Counted from the first letter of the stretch, positions 51,747 through 61,930 are shown. The stretch is DNA of 64,000 bases from an uncultured Planctomycetaceae bacterium (GCA_963785305.1 CAWAUV010000007.1:128001-192000), one strand, 5' to 3'. Numbers and translations: made by a program. The notes: generated by a model not told the origin, from the letters alone.

Positions 51747-52773
51747 TCATTTTAGGACCGTCTCGAAAAGCTCGTCAAAGCTCCAGACGTGGCCGGCGAT
51801 CCTGGCCATCATGGCAGCCGTCCCCCGCTTTTGGCCACTCTTGCCAGGCTTCCTGGTCTGCCAGCAGTAATTGTAGTATGCCGCGAACATGGCGAAAGCC
51901 GCTTTCAGGTTCCGCAGCTTCTTCGAGAAGCAGTAAGTCAGCCGGTTGAGCCGCTTCATAAACAGCCGTTGCGTGCCATTCAGCCGTTCGACATGGCTTG
52001 TGCATATCGTGAAGCGTTCATCGTCGCCTATCCCCTTGATGCCCTTCCGCACGGTGCCGACCATTTCTGACGGGGTATAGATCATGGTGGCGTTGCGGTA
52101 TTCCTTGCGGATCGTCCCGAACTTCACGTAGGGGCCAAAGGCGAGGTCAACGGCTTCCGGGTAGGCCGCGAAACAGTCGGTTGAGATTTGGGTAATGGGC
52201 TTGTATCCGCCGGCCTGATAGCTGTGGGCGTCGCTGGCGTGAGCGTTCGGGAACACCAGCCGGCCGGCGATGTCCGACATGAAGCGACGCGCGTTGTCCG
52301 CGCTCCGCTTGCCGATGAGGAAGCCCGGCATCAACTTGGTTTTCTGGTCGATGCAGGTCCAGAGGTACATATCTCCCAGTTCGCTGGAATGCTCCCGTTC
52401 GTTCATTGTGAGGCGGCTCTGCTTTTTTCCCACGTAGGTCCATTGTTCGTCGAACTGCAAATGCGTCAGTGTGAGGCCTGCGCATGCGCTGGTCCAGGAA
52501 CCGTTGGCAGGCGTCGCCGAAGAACACGATTAGCTTGCAAATTGTGTCGCGGTGAATTTCAGTGATGCGCTCCGTGGCGCGGATGCTGTTACCTTCAGTC
52601 AAGAGCCGCAAGGCCAGCTTGGCATCGACAACGGGAACGTACATTGAGCCAAGCGGCTTGGCCGGCTTCACGTCAACCCACGTCTTGCCGCACATTCGGC
52701 AGCGGAAACGCTGGTTGCCGTGTCGGTCGCGGCCGTGCTTCTTCGTGGTGGCGTGGGCACATGCGATCATCAT
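51747..52773 (-). pseudogene. IS1-family transposase (frameshift near 52478)
   Basis: Zinc ribbon + HTH (GNSIRATER); FDEQWTYVGKK, STD, TSHVERLN, RLTYCFSKK. Confidence 0.85.
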
Positions 52774-52922
52774 TTGCGGAGTCGCTTTCGTAAGCGGCTT
52801 CCGCTACAATCCGGTTAGTGGGACGGGATCGGGCGAAAGCCTGGTTTTGTTCTTAGCCCCATTGCTGCCTTGCCGGGCGGCTTTGGGGTTTTTTCGTTGA
52901 GCTTGCCGGCCCAACGCTGTTA

Positions 52923-52983
52923 ATTGTACAGACGTTTAATTGACGGTCAATAGGCTTGCGAAAAGATTTTTCGTCTGTACACT
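52923..52983. promoter_or_regulatory. Divergent sigma70-like promoters with inverted operators
   Basis: Minus TTGACC-N16-TACAAT; plus TTGCGA-N16-TACACT; TGTACAGACG (52925) and CGTCTGTACA (52972) overlap the two -10 boxes. Confidence 0.65.
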
Positions 52984-52989
52984 GTTGAC

Positions 52990-53163
52990 ATGGAAAAAAA
53001 CAAACGCGGTCGACCGCCCAAGTCCGATGACGAACGGCGCGAAATCAGATTCCAGATTCGTCTATCCCAAGCCGAGCTAGAGCTTCTAGACCGCGCAGCG
53101 GGCGGAAAGACTTCCACCTGGGCGAGAAAGACGCTTATAGCCGCCGCTAGGCGCGCCAAATGA
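52990..53163 (+). CDS. Small ribbon-helix-helix regulator (57 aa, not in ORF track)
   Basis: MEKNKRGRPPKSDDERREIRFQIRLSQAELELLDRAAGGKTSTWARKTLIAAARRAK. Confidence 0.8.
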   Translation: MEKNKRGRPPKSDDERREIRFQIRLSQAELELLDRAAGGKTSTWARKTLIAAARRAK

Positions 53164-53257
53164 TCGGGTGGACATGCGGCGATTTGCACGCCGGACCGAA
53201 GTGCTTATAAAGCACGGATCGCACTGCGCCACGCCCAATTAGCAGAGCAGGTAGCAT

Positions 53258-53821
53258 ATGGACCAAGAGAAAGCGGACGCCGAAGTCCAAGCGATAATCG
53301 ACCGCCTCGCCAGCGTGATGCGCGGATTGCTCGAAGTATGTCGCAATGAAACAGATCGCGGAACGGTGTTGGTAGCAGCAGAGTTTTTGAGCGACTCTCT
53401 AAACATGCTGCTGAGAGTGAAATTCACCAGCACGCAAACCTCTATCGCTGAGCAGAAAAAATTATTGAAGGGTATTGCTGCTCCGTTTGGGTCATTCGGA
53501 ATGCGGATCGCGGTATGTAGAGCATTCGCGTTGCTTCCCCCCGAGCATTGTAGCGCAATGAATGCGCTACGTGAGGTCCGCAACTATTTTGCACACTCGA
53601 CCGAGCGTGTCGGCCTTTCAGACACGGCGATAAACAAATGGGTTCGCCAGCTTCTCGATTATCTTGACGAACACAATACGCCAGCGACGGCAGACAGACT
53701 AATGATAAACTTGGTTGTGCTGAAAGCGATCAAGGCCGTGATTAGCAACACCCAGGAAATCAGTCGCTCCATGCCTGGGATGCGGCCGTCAGATATGCCA
53801 CCAATCGAGCCTCAGTTGTGA
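53258..53821 (+). CDS. MtlR-like HEPN-domain protein
   Basis: ETDRGTVLV, PFGSF..RI, RNYFAH (RxxxxH). Confidence 0.7.
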   Translation: MDQEKADAEVQAIIDRLASVMRGLLEVCRNETDRGTVLVAAEFLSDSLNMLLRVKFTSTQTSIAEQKKLLKGIAAPFGSFGMRIAVCRAFALLPPEHCSAMNALREVRNYFAHSTERVGLSDTAINKWVRQLLDYLDEHNTPATADRLMINLVVLKAIKAVISNTQEISRSMPGMRPSDMPPIEPQL

Positions 53822-54250
53822 GCGCGGGCCATATTTCGACAACCTCACCAGCTACATTATTTCTCCAGTCGTTCACTGGCAAGGCGAGAGCCCATTCTGG
53901 ACGTTCAATGGCTTCGACCGGATCGCGTGGGTCTAGCCCGGGATGCTGGCGGCATGCACGCAAAAGAAAATCGATCGCCGTTTCACGGTCAATCACGCTT
54001 CACCCCCCCCACTACCGAAAATCCAGCAACTCAGATTTAGGACACCACCCCGAAATCCGGGAAGCAGTCGGCTTTCTGCGTCACGGGAGTATGGCCGATG
54101 TCCGAGTCGCTGGTTCGTGTTGTCGCCGCGGTCATTGCGAGAGGGGAGGGAGCGCAGCCGGCCCGACATCTTCGCGCCCCACTCTGCCCATTCTGGGCTC
54201 GCTCTAAAATGACGCCTTGCTTGGCATTCCGGCTGGATTCTGCGGCTCCG

Positions 54251-54568
54251 TCATATCGCCACATGCTCCATCATCCAGCGAAAGGCGTCGGCTTGCGAGC
54301 GCACCGGCATTCCATTCTTGAGATAGGCCGACTTTGCCATCAGCCCAGCCCAGATGCGTTTGAACGTGATGTGCTGATCGTTCGTCAGCGGGTCGCAATG
54401 AAGCGAGCGAGTCGCGTATAGCTTGCCATCGTATTCGCCGATGGGCACTTCGATCAGTCCGCGCAGGGGCTCTTTGAATTCTGGCTCGGCCGACACCTGC
54501 GATTTCTCGACGTCCGGTTTCGCTGGTTCTGTGACGCTCGGCAGTTTGTCCTGGTTTTTCTTGGTCAT
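54251..54568 (-). CDS. Phage hypothetical protein
   Basis: Coupled ORF downstream of terminase. Confidence 0.6.
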   Translation of the reverse strand: MTKKNQDKLPSVTEPAKPDVEKSQVSAEPEFKEPLRGLIEVPIGEYDGKLYATRSLHCDPLTNDQHITFKRIWAGLMAKSAYLKNGMPVRSQADAFRWMMEHVAI

Positions 54569-54825
54569 CGAACTTGCTCTCCATTTAATGTATCTGCCTG
54601 TTTGAACAAATCCCGCAACTCCCAAAACCCGTCGCTCATCTTGACGCCCATGCCGCGGCAGTGGTCGCAGGGGATCTTCTGCTGGACGCCTTGGCTGGAC
54701 ACGCCGCTGGCCAACTGCTCCGGGCTCAGCGCGGCGACGAACTCAGCCCACTTCGGGTTCGGGATTTCCTTTTGCCCCCTGCACTTGGCGCAAGGCTCGC
54801 TGTAGACCGTTATTTCATGTGCCAT
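54565..54825 (-). CDS. Small zinc-finger protein
   Basis: CAKCRG and CDHCRG motifs; AAAGGGA RBS. Confidence 0.65.
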   Translation of the reverse strand: MAHEITVYSEPCAKCRGQKEIPNPKWAEFVAALSPEQLASGVSSQGVQQKIPCDHCRGMGVKMSDGFWELRDLFKQADTLNGEQVR

Positions 54826-54837
54826 AGGTCCCTTTCG

Positions 54838-57015
54838 TCAAACATTCCGCTGGCTCAGGACGAACGCCCGGCCGTCCGGGGTCGCGATCGGCGGGATTAG
54901 CGGCTGAGACTGGCTCGGCGCGGGCGCCGCCGGCTTGTTTGGCAGCAGCTTGACCCCGCACATATCACCGGCGGCGCACGCCATGTAGGTCGCATCCAGC
55001 CAATGGTTATTCCGATTCGTCGCGTGCCAGCCTTCCTTGGTCCCCTTGCCGTCAACGAACTTTTCCCGCCAGACTTCCGCGACGATGTGCTGTGAGAACG
55101 AATGGTGGCAACGCCTGTCGCTCGCGTCCGGTTGCCAGAGCGACAACGCCCCGCGTCGCATCGTGCCGTCATCGTTAAACGTCGGCGTCATAAACCGATT
55201 GTGAACCCACGATTTCCAGTGATTTGAGTCCAGGTTGTGCAGCCAGATCCCATCGTCCTTTTGCAGCGTGAGGTTCCAGTGCCAGCCGACGCGATTTGTC
55301 TCGGGGTTCGGCTGTGGCTGTCGGTAGTGGTCGCCCCAGCCCTTGGAAGCGCAAAACGGCAGACCGGATTCACGGATGAACGAATAGACCGCCTGCTGCA
55401 AATTACCGTCGCCGGAGTCCACCAGCACCCGCTTGACCTCGTGCGCCACGCCGCTTTCGTCCAGATACCGGAACGCCTGCAACTCCGACCGCCAGCCGTG
55501 CAACGCCTGCTTAACGGCCAGGTCGATCGTGGCCCGATCCTCGACTTTGACCGTGCCGTGGACCTCGACGACGCCGTAGTCGATCACGTAGCCGATCGCG
55601 CCCTCAAGCCAGGCGATCACAACCCAATGGCAATACGTCTTGCCGACGTCAATGGCGCCTGTGACCGCGATGCAGCCTGTCGGGATAGCTCGCTGCTCCA
55701 GCCGGTTGGTTCGGCTGGCAACCAATGTCGCTGAGATTACGCTCTGTTCGACCGCATCCGCCTCTGGTGGCGCATTGTCATATTCCGTGGCCACCGCCTC
55801 CGGGCCGATACGAGCGACTTCGTTGTAGTAGAACTGCAAGGCGGTCAACTCGCTCGGCATGTGCCGGTTCGGATTGGACACCACCGCACCGGCGTTCATC
55901 GCCTCGAAGTTGGCCTCGTAGAATTCGTGGGCGTTGCTCGTTCCGTTCTGCCAATCAAGGTGCTTCAGGAAGATGTATTCCTGCCACAAGTCCGCCCGCT
56001 CCGGAGGTTTGACCAGAAACCGGAACCGCTTGCCGTTCCAACTCGGCTTCTGCTTGGGATCGGTAAACTTGTAAGAGACGCATGTCCGGTTTTGCAGGGT
56101 CGTCAGCATCACCCGGGACACGCGACGACGCTGGCTGCCCAGTCCCGCGATTGCTCGATCGATCCTGTCTTCGAGCTTGGCGGCCTGCTCTTCGCTGCGC
56201 ACCGTTTCCTCTGTATCGGGGTCGTCGATGCCGGCGACGTCGACACGCAAGCCCTTCTTTTTCATACCGCGCACTGCTGAATCGAGCCCGCGCGTGGCCA
56301 TGATTGCGCCGGCCGACGGCGAGCCTGGCACATTCGGGAAAATGATCTGCTGTCCGGACCACACGAACCGGCTACTCGCCTGGTCGTAGCCCTCGCCGGT
56401 ATCGTGCCTGGCGCCGCTGACGAGTTGGTAATGGGCCCGGTTCGGCGTGTTTTCCAGCGCCCGAACCGGCGCGCAAACCTCGGGATAGTCCGCGGCCAGC
56501 CGGTCGTTGGTCTCGATCTCCGTCTTGATGGAGATGAGCGAGTCCTCGGCGGCGCTGCCAGTGGCCGCGAACAGCACGGAGAACTTGATCGCGCCGGCCA
56601 GTGTGTATTTCAAGAGCATGCGTTCAAACAAGGTGGTTTTTCCCTCCCCGCGCGACGCCGCGAGCGCCTGATCGCCGCCGTCCACAATGGCGGCCCTGAT
56701 CGCCTCGATCATCTCGCATTGTTGGCCCGTGAATTCGTAAGTAAACGGGGAAGCAGTTCCGCTTTCCGGCGCAAAGTACCACATGAGCCAAGCAACGTCG
56801 GCCTCCAGCGAGCGCGGCTCCAACCTCACTCGCCGCTCGCGATCCTCGCACGGCGGGACCTGCACGCCACGCTCCGACCGCCGGCGCTCCGCCATCAAGG
56901 CCCGCTGCGACTCCCGCACGCCGCCCGTGCCGCCCACCAATGCCCGATAAGCCCTGTCGATCTCCTGCTTCTTCTTTTTGATCGCAACGAGTTTCGGGTT
57001 TTGCTTTGCCGCCAT
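54838..57015 (-). CDS. Terminase large subunit (gpA-like)
   Basis: RGEGKT Walker A, GIDDP, GAIDVG, VDSG, NHWLDA nuclease motifs. Confidence 0.9.
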   Translation of the reverse strand: MAAKQNPKLVAIKKKKQEIDRAYRALVGGTGGVRESQRALMAERRRSERGVQVPPCEDRERRVRLEPRSLEADVAWLMWYFAPESGTASPFTYEFTGQQCEMIEAIRAAIVDGGDQALAASRGEGKTTLFERMLLKYTLAGAIKFSVLFAATGSAAEDSLISIKTEIETNDRLAADYPEVCAPVRALENTPNRAHYQLVSGARHDTGEGYDQASSRFVWSGQQIIFPNVPGSPSAGAIMATRGLDSAVRGMKKKGLRVDVAGIDDPDTEETVRSEEQAAKLEDRIDRAIAGLGSQRRRVSRVMLTTLQNRTCVSYKFTDPKQKPSWNGKRFRFLVKPPERADLWQEYIFLKHLDWQNGTSNAHEFYEANFEAMNAGAVVSNPNRHMPSELTALQFYYNEVARIGPEAVATEYDNAPPEADAVEQSVISATLVASRTNRLEQRAIPTGCIAVTGAIDVGKTYCHWVVIAWLEGAIGYVIDYGVVEVHGTVKVEDRATIDLAVKQALHGWRSELQAFRYLDESGVAHEVKRVLVDSGDGNLQQAVYSFIRESGLPFCASKGWGDHYRQPQPNPETNRVGWHWNLTLQKDDGIWLHNLDSNHWKSWVHNRFMTPTFNDDGTMRRGALSLWQPDASDRRCHHSFSQHIVAEVWREKFVDGKGTKEGWHATNRNNHWLDATYMACAAGDMCGVKLLPNKPAAPAPSQSQPLIPPIATPDGRAFVLSQRNV

Positions 57016-57022
57016 CCATCGC

Positions 57023-57235
57023 CTACCTATGCCCCTTCGGCTTCGTCAGTCGCATCCCAAAGTATGCGGCGACTCTGGCCGCGAATTGCAATTGAATGCT
57101 GGTTTCTTCGTTCACGAAGCGACTCAATGTTGATTGCTGCACCCCTGACGCCTTGGCGATCGCATTGACCGATTGACCACTGTTCTTGATGGCGTCGCGA
57201 AGCTGCTCTTCGATGTTGTTGGCAGTCTTTTTCAT
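57023..57235 (-). CDS. XRE/Cro-like HTH protein
   Basis: SVNAIAKASGVQQSTLSRF. Confidence 0.85.
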   Translation of the reverse strand: MKKTANNIEEQLRDAIKNSGQSVNAIAKASGVQQSTLSRFVNEETSIQLQFAARVAAYFGMRLTKPKGHR

Positions 57236-57264
57236 GTTTTTTCTTATCGTGGCGATTCTATCTA

Positions 57265-57293
57265 TTGCCCGGCGTTATGCTTTTATGCATAAT
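57265..57293 (+). promoter_or_regulatory. sigma70-like promoter with palindromic operator
   Basis: TTGCCC-N17-CATAAT overlapping TTATGC...GCATAA. Confidence 0.55.
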
Positions 57294-57328
57294 TCAAGTG
57301 TAAGGCATGGCAGCAAGGCCGACAACGT

Positions 57329-57757
57329 ATGACACCCGGATACCGACAAGACGAGCTTGACGCCGCGGGCATAATGCCGGAGCAAATTGCCTGCATCTAT
57401 GGCGAGCTGCGCCACCGTGAGCGGTTGCGACGCGAGTGGAAGTGGAGCCTGCGTGGCCACTTTTTTGCAATGACGAGCTGCAAGACCGGCCAGCGATACA
57501 AGGCGCGCCACCGCAGGGCGTTTGCCGACGGCGACATGACGTGCCTGCCAAGCTTTGACGTGCTGGCGCAAGAAATCGCCAGTCATTACCCAGAGCTGTC
57601 CGGCGACGACTGCTGCCAGAGACTGTTCGACCTGATTAGCGAGCGAGTTGATCGTCTGCCGCCAGCGGAAGACACGTACCGCAACGCGATAGACACAATT
57701 CTTGATGACGCGACCGTTGGCGTTTGCGAACGCCATAGCACGAACGAACCGTTTTAG
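57329..57757 (+). CDS. Hypothetical protein
   Basis: 142 aa ORF downstream of the promoter. Confidence 0.55.
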   Translation: MTPGYRQDELDAAGIMPEQIACIYGELRHRERLRREWKWSLRGHFFAMTSCKTGQRYKARHRRAFADGDMTCLPSFDVLAQEIASHYPELSGDDCCQRLFDLISERVDRLPPAEDTYRNAIDTILDDATVGVCERHSTNEPF

Positions 57758-57793
57758 TGACGCCGTTTTGTTTAACAGCACAGGAGCACTACA

Positions 57794-57991
57794 ATGCACG
57801 ATGCCGCCAGACATGACGCCGAACCATTCCGCCTGCGCAACGACCCGCCCAAACCAAAAAAGAACGTCTTCGCCGGCCACGGCGGCATTCGGCAGATTTC
57901 CCTGTTCATGGGATTGAACGATCTGCCGGGGCAGACGTACCTGATACCGGAGCAGGAAACAGAGGACCAACGCAATGCCAGGGATATATAA
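57794..57991 (+). CDS. Small hypothetical protein
   Basis: AGGAG RBS; RQISLFMGL..LPGQ. Confidence 0.55.
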   Translation: MHDAARHDAEPFRLRNDPPKPKKNVFAGHGGIRQISLFMGLNDLPGQTYLIPEQETEDQRNARDI

Positions 57992-58430
57992 CGGATTCAC
58001 GGGCAGCCACCGAATGAAGGGTTACAGATGGTTGATGAACGAATACGCTGCCGGCCGGCGCCACAAGCCGACCCAATGCGACGTCTGCGGCCAGACGCAG
58101 GGCGTGATCGAGCCGCACTCCGAGGACTACTCCGAACCGTTCGGTGACAACATTGGACGCTGGGGCCTCTGCTACCGCTGCCACATGATGCTGCATTGCC
58201 GGTTCCGCAACCCGGAAGGGTTCCGCTTCTATTGTGAGACGCTGGCGAAGGGTCTGCGGTTCGGGGCGCTGCTGACTCGCAACTTCCCGGCTGTGCTAGG
58301 CCAACATGCGCGCGGCCGATGCACAGCGCCGACTGAGCCCGCGGAAGGCCCGCTGCCGGGATTCCAGGCGTTGTTCGACGAGGGCCAGCGAGTTCTCGCC
58401 GCCCGAACCGGTCAGGCCAAGTTGTTCTAA
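57975..58430 (+). CDS. HNH-like zinc-binding protein
   Basis: CDVCG...HSEDYS...LCYRCHMMLH. Confidence 0.6.
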   Translation: MPGIYNGFTGSHRMKGYRWLMNEYAAGRRHKPTQCDVCGQTQGVIEPHSEDYSEPFGDNIGRWGLCYRCHMMLHCRFRNPEGFRFYCETLAKGLRFGALLTRNFPAVLGQHARGRCTAPTEPAEGPLPGFQALFDEGQRVLAARTGQAKLF

Positions 58431-58972
58431 CCATTGGTCTTTCCCGTCTTCGTCTTGCGGCTTTCGGCCGGATACCACGCCTTCGAGTACGGCGCGTCGG
58501 CGAGATTGCGAGCCTTGAAGATCGAGTCCTGATAGAGCAGGTCCACCTCGTCGCGCGACGCCCCGATGCCAACCGCGATCTCCTCGGGCATCAAGCCATG
58601 TTCGTCGATAAGTTGCTTCACCAGCTCTGACATCCGCACCGCGACGTGGCTCCCCTTCGCCCGGTTGATGCGCACCGTGAGCATCTTGGCCTCGGCTTCG
58701 TCGACGTCCAGCCTGGCGCACGGAACCTTGCCCTCATATCGCTCGCGGATTGTCTTGCTGTCCTGCGCCAGGCGCCAGCGATGGAACCCGTCGATGATCG
58801 TGTTGGCCCGGGAGATCAAGATTGGCTGCACCCAACCCGTGCGCACGATGCTGGTCTCCAGTAGCTTCAGTTCGAGCTTGAACACGACGTTCGGGTTCCA
58901 GGCGTTGGCATTCAGTTCCGCCGCGGCCACCCACTCAATCGAGCAAATCGGGTCGTCCACAAATGGTTTCAT
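58427..58972 (-). CDS. ParB-like protein (IbrB/YbdM-like)
   Basis: NAWNPN, GWVQPI, IIDGFHR, TVRINRAKGSH. Confidence 0.88.
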   Translation of the reverse strand: MKPFVDDPICSIEWVAAAELNANAWNPNVVFKLELKLLETSIVRTGWVQPILISRANTIIDGFHRWRLAQDSKTIRERYEGKVPCARLDVDEAEAKMLTVRINRAKGSHVAVRMSELVKQLIDEHGLMPEEIAVGIGASRDEVDLLYQDSIFKARNLADAPYSKAWYPAESRKTKTGKTNG

Positions 58973-59328
58973 TGCTTGACCAGCCTCCACGCTCCGTTGG
59001 GCAGTTGATTCTTGCGCGTGAAGCCGCGCGACTCGTAAAACGCCGGGTTGTACGCCAGGACCTCGATCACCTTGTACGGGCCGCTGGCCGCCTTCCGCAG
59101 CAGCTCGTCGGTCATTGCAGAACCGATGCCGCGACCCCTCCATTCCGGATGCACGTAGATGCCCTTGATTCGCACGGCGTCGCGGCCGACTTCTATCAGG
59201 GCACAGAATCCCTCATGCCGCGGAGTGCGATACCATGTCGTCCGCTTCGTGTCGGAAACAGACACGTGATCCTTCGCCGCGGCCCGGCTGTGTTTTGCCA
59301 CCGCGCTATACGGTACTTCTTCGAGCAT
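58969..59328 (-). CDS. GNAT acetyltransferase
   Basis: YVHPEWRGRGIG and FYESRGF. Confidence 0.88.
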   Translation of the reverse strand: MLEEVPYSAVAKHSRAAAKDHVSVSDTKRTTWYRTPRHEGFCALIEVGRDAVRIKGIYVHPEWRGRGIGSAMTDELLRKAASGPYKVIEVLAYNPAFYESRGFTRKNQLPNGAWRLVKQ

Positions 59329-60391
59329 TTGCCGCCTGTTGCTTCTTGTTGAGTGGCTGAATCACTCGCTTCACGCTTCCCGATACGAGCGCTTTCAGCA
59401 ATAGTTCGCTCGGGTATGCGTTGGGATTCCGGCGCTGCAATACCACGAAGTCTCGGAGTCGCTTTTCAGCCATCACCTTCTGCTTGGGATCTTCAATCCG
59501 CTCGTCGATGTACCGCCGGCAACCATCGAGCCCGTCGTCGAATTTGTCTCGAACCGCCGCGGCGTCGTACTCGCCCCAATACCGATCCTGCACCTCCACC
59601 TCGGGGAACACGTCGAGCACGCGCTGATAAAAGTCCGGGTCTTGAACTCGCCACGTTCCCAGCCGCTTGGCGCTCTCGGCATGCAGTGGCGTAGAGACCC
59701 GCAGATTGTTTCCCGACAGATGCTGCGCATCATAGATCGGACACCACCGCACGCCATTTTCGCCCATCCATTTGAAAATGTCGTTCTCACTCCAATCGTA
59801 GATCGGCTTGCACAGTCGCACGCGAGTCTTGCCGCTTTCGCCCGCCTTGCAGATGTAGTTGTCATTGAGCTTATTGACCACGGATCGGTAGCGGATCAGC
59901 GACTCCGCGGCCCTCACGCCGGTTATGAACGCGACCGAGCCGGGCAGCCCGCGGGCACAATACTCGTCGCAACTGTACTGAGATACCACCTCGTATTGAT
60001 CGGCGCCCTGCACAATCGCCCAGGCCGGCTTCTGCCTCACCCACTGGCGGTCGCGGTCCCATTGAACGTACGAAATTCGCTTGCCGAGGATGAACTTCTC
60101 GGATTGCAGCGGCACGCAGAACCACCGCATTGTCACCCATGATTTCTGCCGGTAGCCGTCAACGAAGTCGATGACGTTGTCGGGAATCAACTCCTCGTCG
60201 CGGAACACAACGTTGACCTGCGACAGCCCTCGCTCCTGCGCCACTCGCCAGGTCAATTCAAGGCAGACCAGCGAATCCTTGCCGCCGGAGAAGCAGACCG
60301 CCACGCTGTCGAACAAATCAAAGACGTGGTGAAGTCGGCGTTTTGCCTCGGTCACAACGTCAGTCTCGATAAATTTTTTGTATCGCGCCAT
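59306..60391 (-). CDS. PAPS-reductase-family PP-loop protein (IbrA/YbdN-like)
   Basis: FSGGKDS, GVRAAES..R, PIYDW. Confidence 0.9.
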   Translation of the reverse strand: MARYKKFIETDVVTEAKRRLHHVFDLFDSVAVCFSGGKDSLVCLELTWRVAQERGLSQVNVVFRDEELIPDNVIDFVDGYRQKSWVTMRWFCVPLQSEKFILGKRISYVQWDRDRQWVRQKPAWAIVQGADQYEVVSQYSCDEYCARGLPGSVAFITGVRAAESLIRYRSVVNKLNDNYICKAGESGKTRVRLCKPIYDWSENDIFKWMGENGVRWCPIYDAQHLSGNNLRVSTPLHAESAKRLGTWRVQDPDFYQRVLDVFPEVEVQDRYWGEYDAAAVRDKFDDGLDGCRRYIDERIEDPKQKVMAEKRLRDFVVLQRRNPNAYPSELLLKALVSGSVKRVIQPLNKKQQAANARRSTV

Positions 60392-60559
60392 GACTCAATA
60401 ATTGTGGGCGCCACAAGTCGGCATCGACTTGCGACTTGCATCTATTTTCAAAATCTTCCGGATTTTCTTATTCAAGCTATTGTATTTCGGTTGAGTAATA
60501 CTATTATGCGTGTGTTGAGTGTAATACGAAACCGAAAACAAACGCGGAGGGAAACGACG

Positions 60560-61405
60560 ATGAACGCCAGCCAAATGACCTACGGGGTTGAGTTTGAGGT
60601 AATGCTGCCCGCGAGCGTGCAGATTGCCGTGGGCGGTTACCACCGCGGATTGCAAGTGCGGGGCCTGCCCCTTGGCTGGAACGCCCAGAACGACGGCAGC
60701 ATCCAAGCGCTGCCCGGATACCGGGGCGTCGAGATTGTGAGCCCGATCCTGAAGGGCGCCGACGGGGTTCGCCAGATAATTGCCGTGTGCGAATGGCTGA
60801 AGGTTGTGGGCGCCAAGGTGAACCGGAGCACCGGATTCCATGTGCATGTTGGCTTTGCCGGGACCGCAAAGCAGTTGGCCGTGCTGACCGGACTGGTGAG
60901 CTACCACGAGACCGCCCTGTACGCCAGCACGGGAACCAAGAGCCGCGAGCAGGGCACATACAGCCGGCCGATTAAGAACTCCGCAGAACACAAGACGGTG
61001 GCCCAGATGGGCAGCGCCATGACGGCCCGATACCACTCCCTGAACTTGACCAACCTGCAATACGGGAACAAGCCGACTGTTGAATTCCGCCTGTTTGCCG
61101 GGACCTGCAACGCGATGAAGGCGATTGGCTACGTGCGGATGTGCCTTGCGTTGGTTGAGAAGTCCCTGGAAATGAAGGTGCTGCCGAAGTGGGACGCCAA
61201 AGCCCCGGAAGCCACGAGCAAGGCCGCCCGACGCGGCGCCGGCAAGTTTGCCTTGGCCCGCTTTTATAACTGCTTTGGCTGGACCAAGGGCAAGACCAAG
61301 AACGTGTACGGCAACGTGGCCGCCGAGGAGGTGGCCTTTGACGCCACGAAGAAGATTTTGAGCGAAATGGCCGCCAAGTACGACGGCCGAGGAACGCAAG
61401 AGTAG
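60560..61405 (+). CDS. Amidoligase (COOH-NH2 ligase) family protein
   Basis: TYGVEFE, DGSI, EIVSP, STGFHVHV, RYHSLNL, TVEFR. Confidence 0.88.
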   Translation: MNASQMTYGVEFEVMLPASVQIAVGGYHRGLQVRGLPLGWNAQNDGSIQALPGYRGVEIVSPILKGADGVRQIIAVCEWLKVVGAKVNRSTGFHVHVGFAGTAKQLAVLTGLVSYHETALYASTGTKSREQGTYSRPIKNSAEHKTVAQMGSAMTARYHSLNLTNLQYGNKPTVEFRLFAGTCNAMKAIGYVRMCLALVEKSLEMKVLPKWDAKAPEATSKAARRGAGKFALARFYNCFGWTKGKTKNVYGNVAAEEVAFDATKKILSEMAAKYDGRGTQE

Positions 61406-61468
61406 GGGAACACGATGGCGAGCCGGCGTGGCGCCGGCCGCCGACACTAACCGCGCAGGAGACTGACG

Positions 61469-61894
61469 ATGACACGACCAGCGGCCGAATACGTGACCGA
61501 TACCGCCCACTATACGCCGGAAGTGATTGAGGCCACGAAGGAGTACGCCCGAAGCAAGCCGTGGGCCGGCGACCTCGAGCAGCGCATTGAAAAGCTGCAC
61601 GCCTTCCACGACCGCCTCTGCGAGGCTTGCGAAATGGCGCGGGTGGAGATTGTGCTTAGGCAGCCCAGCACGGATGGCCCGAGCGCCGGCCGCTACCGAG
61701 CCTTGGACGGCAAGCTGATTCTGTACGGGAAGCTGTCCGTGGTTACCTACCTTTACTGGTTCGCTGCCGCCCTCTACGGAATCGAGACCCGATGCGACCA
61801 TGCCCGCCAGATGACGTTTGCCGTGAACCTGTACAAGCAATGCTTCCCGAGGAGTTTTGCCAACGCGAACCTGACCGGACCCAGTGTACGGTAG
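61469..61894 (+). CDS. Hypothetical protein
   Basis: AGGAG RBS; in operon with the amidoligase. Confidence 0.7.
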   Translation: MTRPAAEYVTDTAHYTPEVIEATKEYARSKPWAGDLEQRIEKLHAFHDRLCEACEMARVEIVLRQPSTDGPSAGRYRALDGKLILYGKLSVVTYLYWFAAALYGIETRCDHARQMTFAVNLYKQCFPRSFANANLTGPSVR

Positions 61895-61930
61895 GCCAAC
61901 ACCGAAACCATTTACCTGAAGGAGATAACC

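Larger units (their letters stand above)
51472..54049 (-). mobile_element. IS1-family transposon with passenger genes
   Basis: IRs GGTGGTGTCTTAA / TTAGGACACCACC; 8-bp TSD CCGAAATC at 51464-51471 and 54050-54057. Confidence 0.85.

Noticed and set aside
52460..52500. Programmed InsA/InsB frameshift
   Set aside because: No A6C-type slippery site at the junction; a single extra base explains it.
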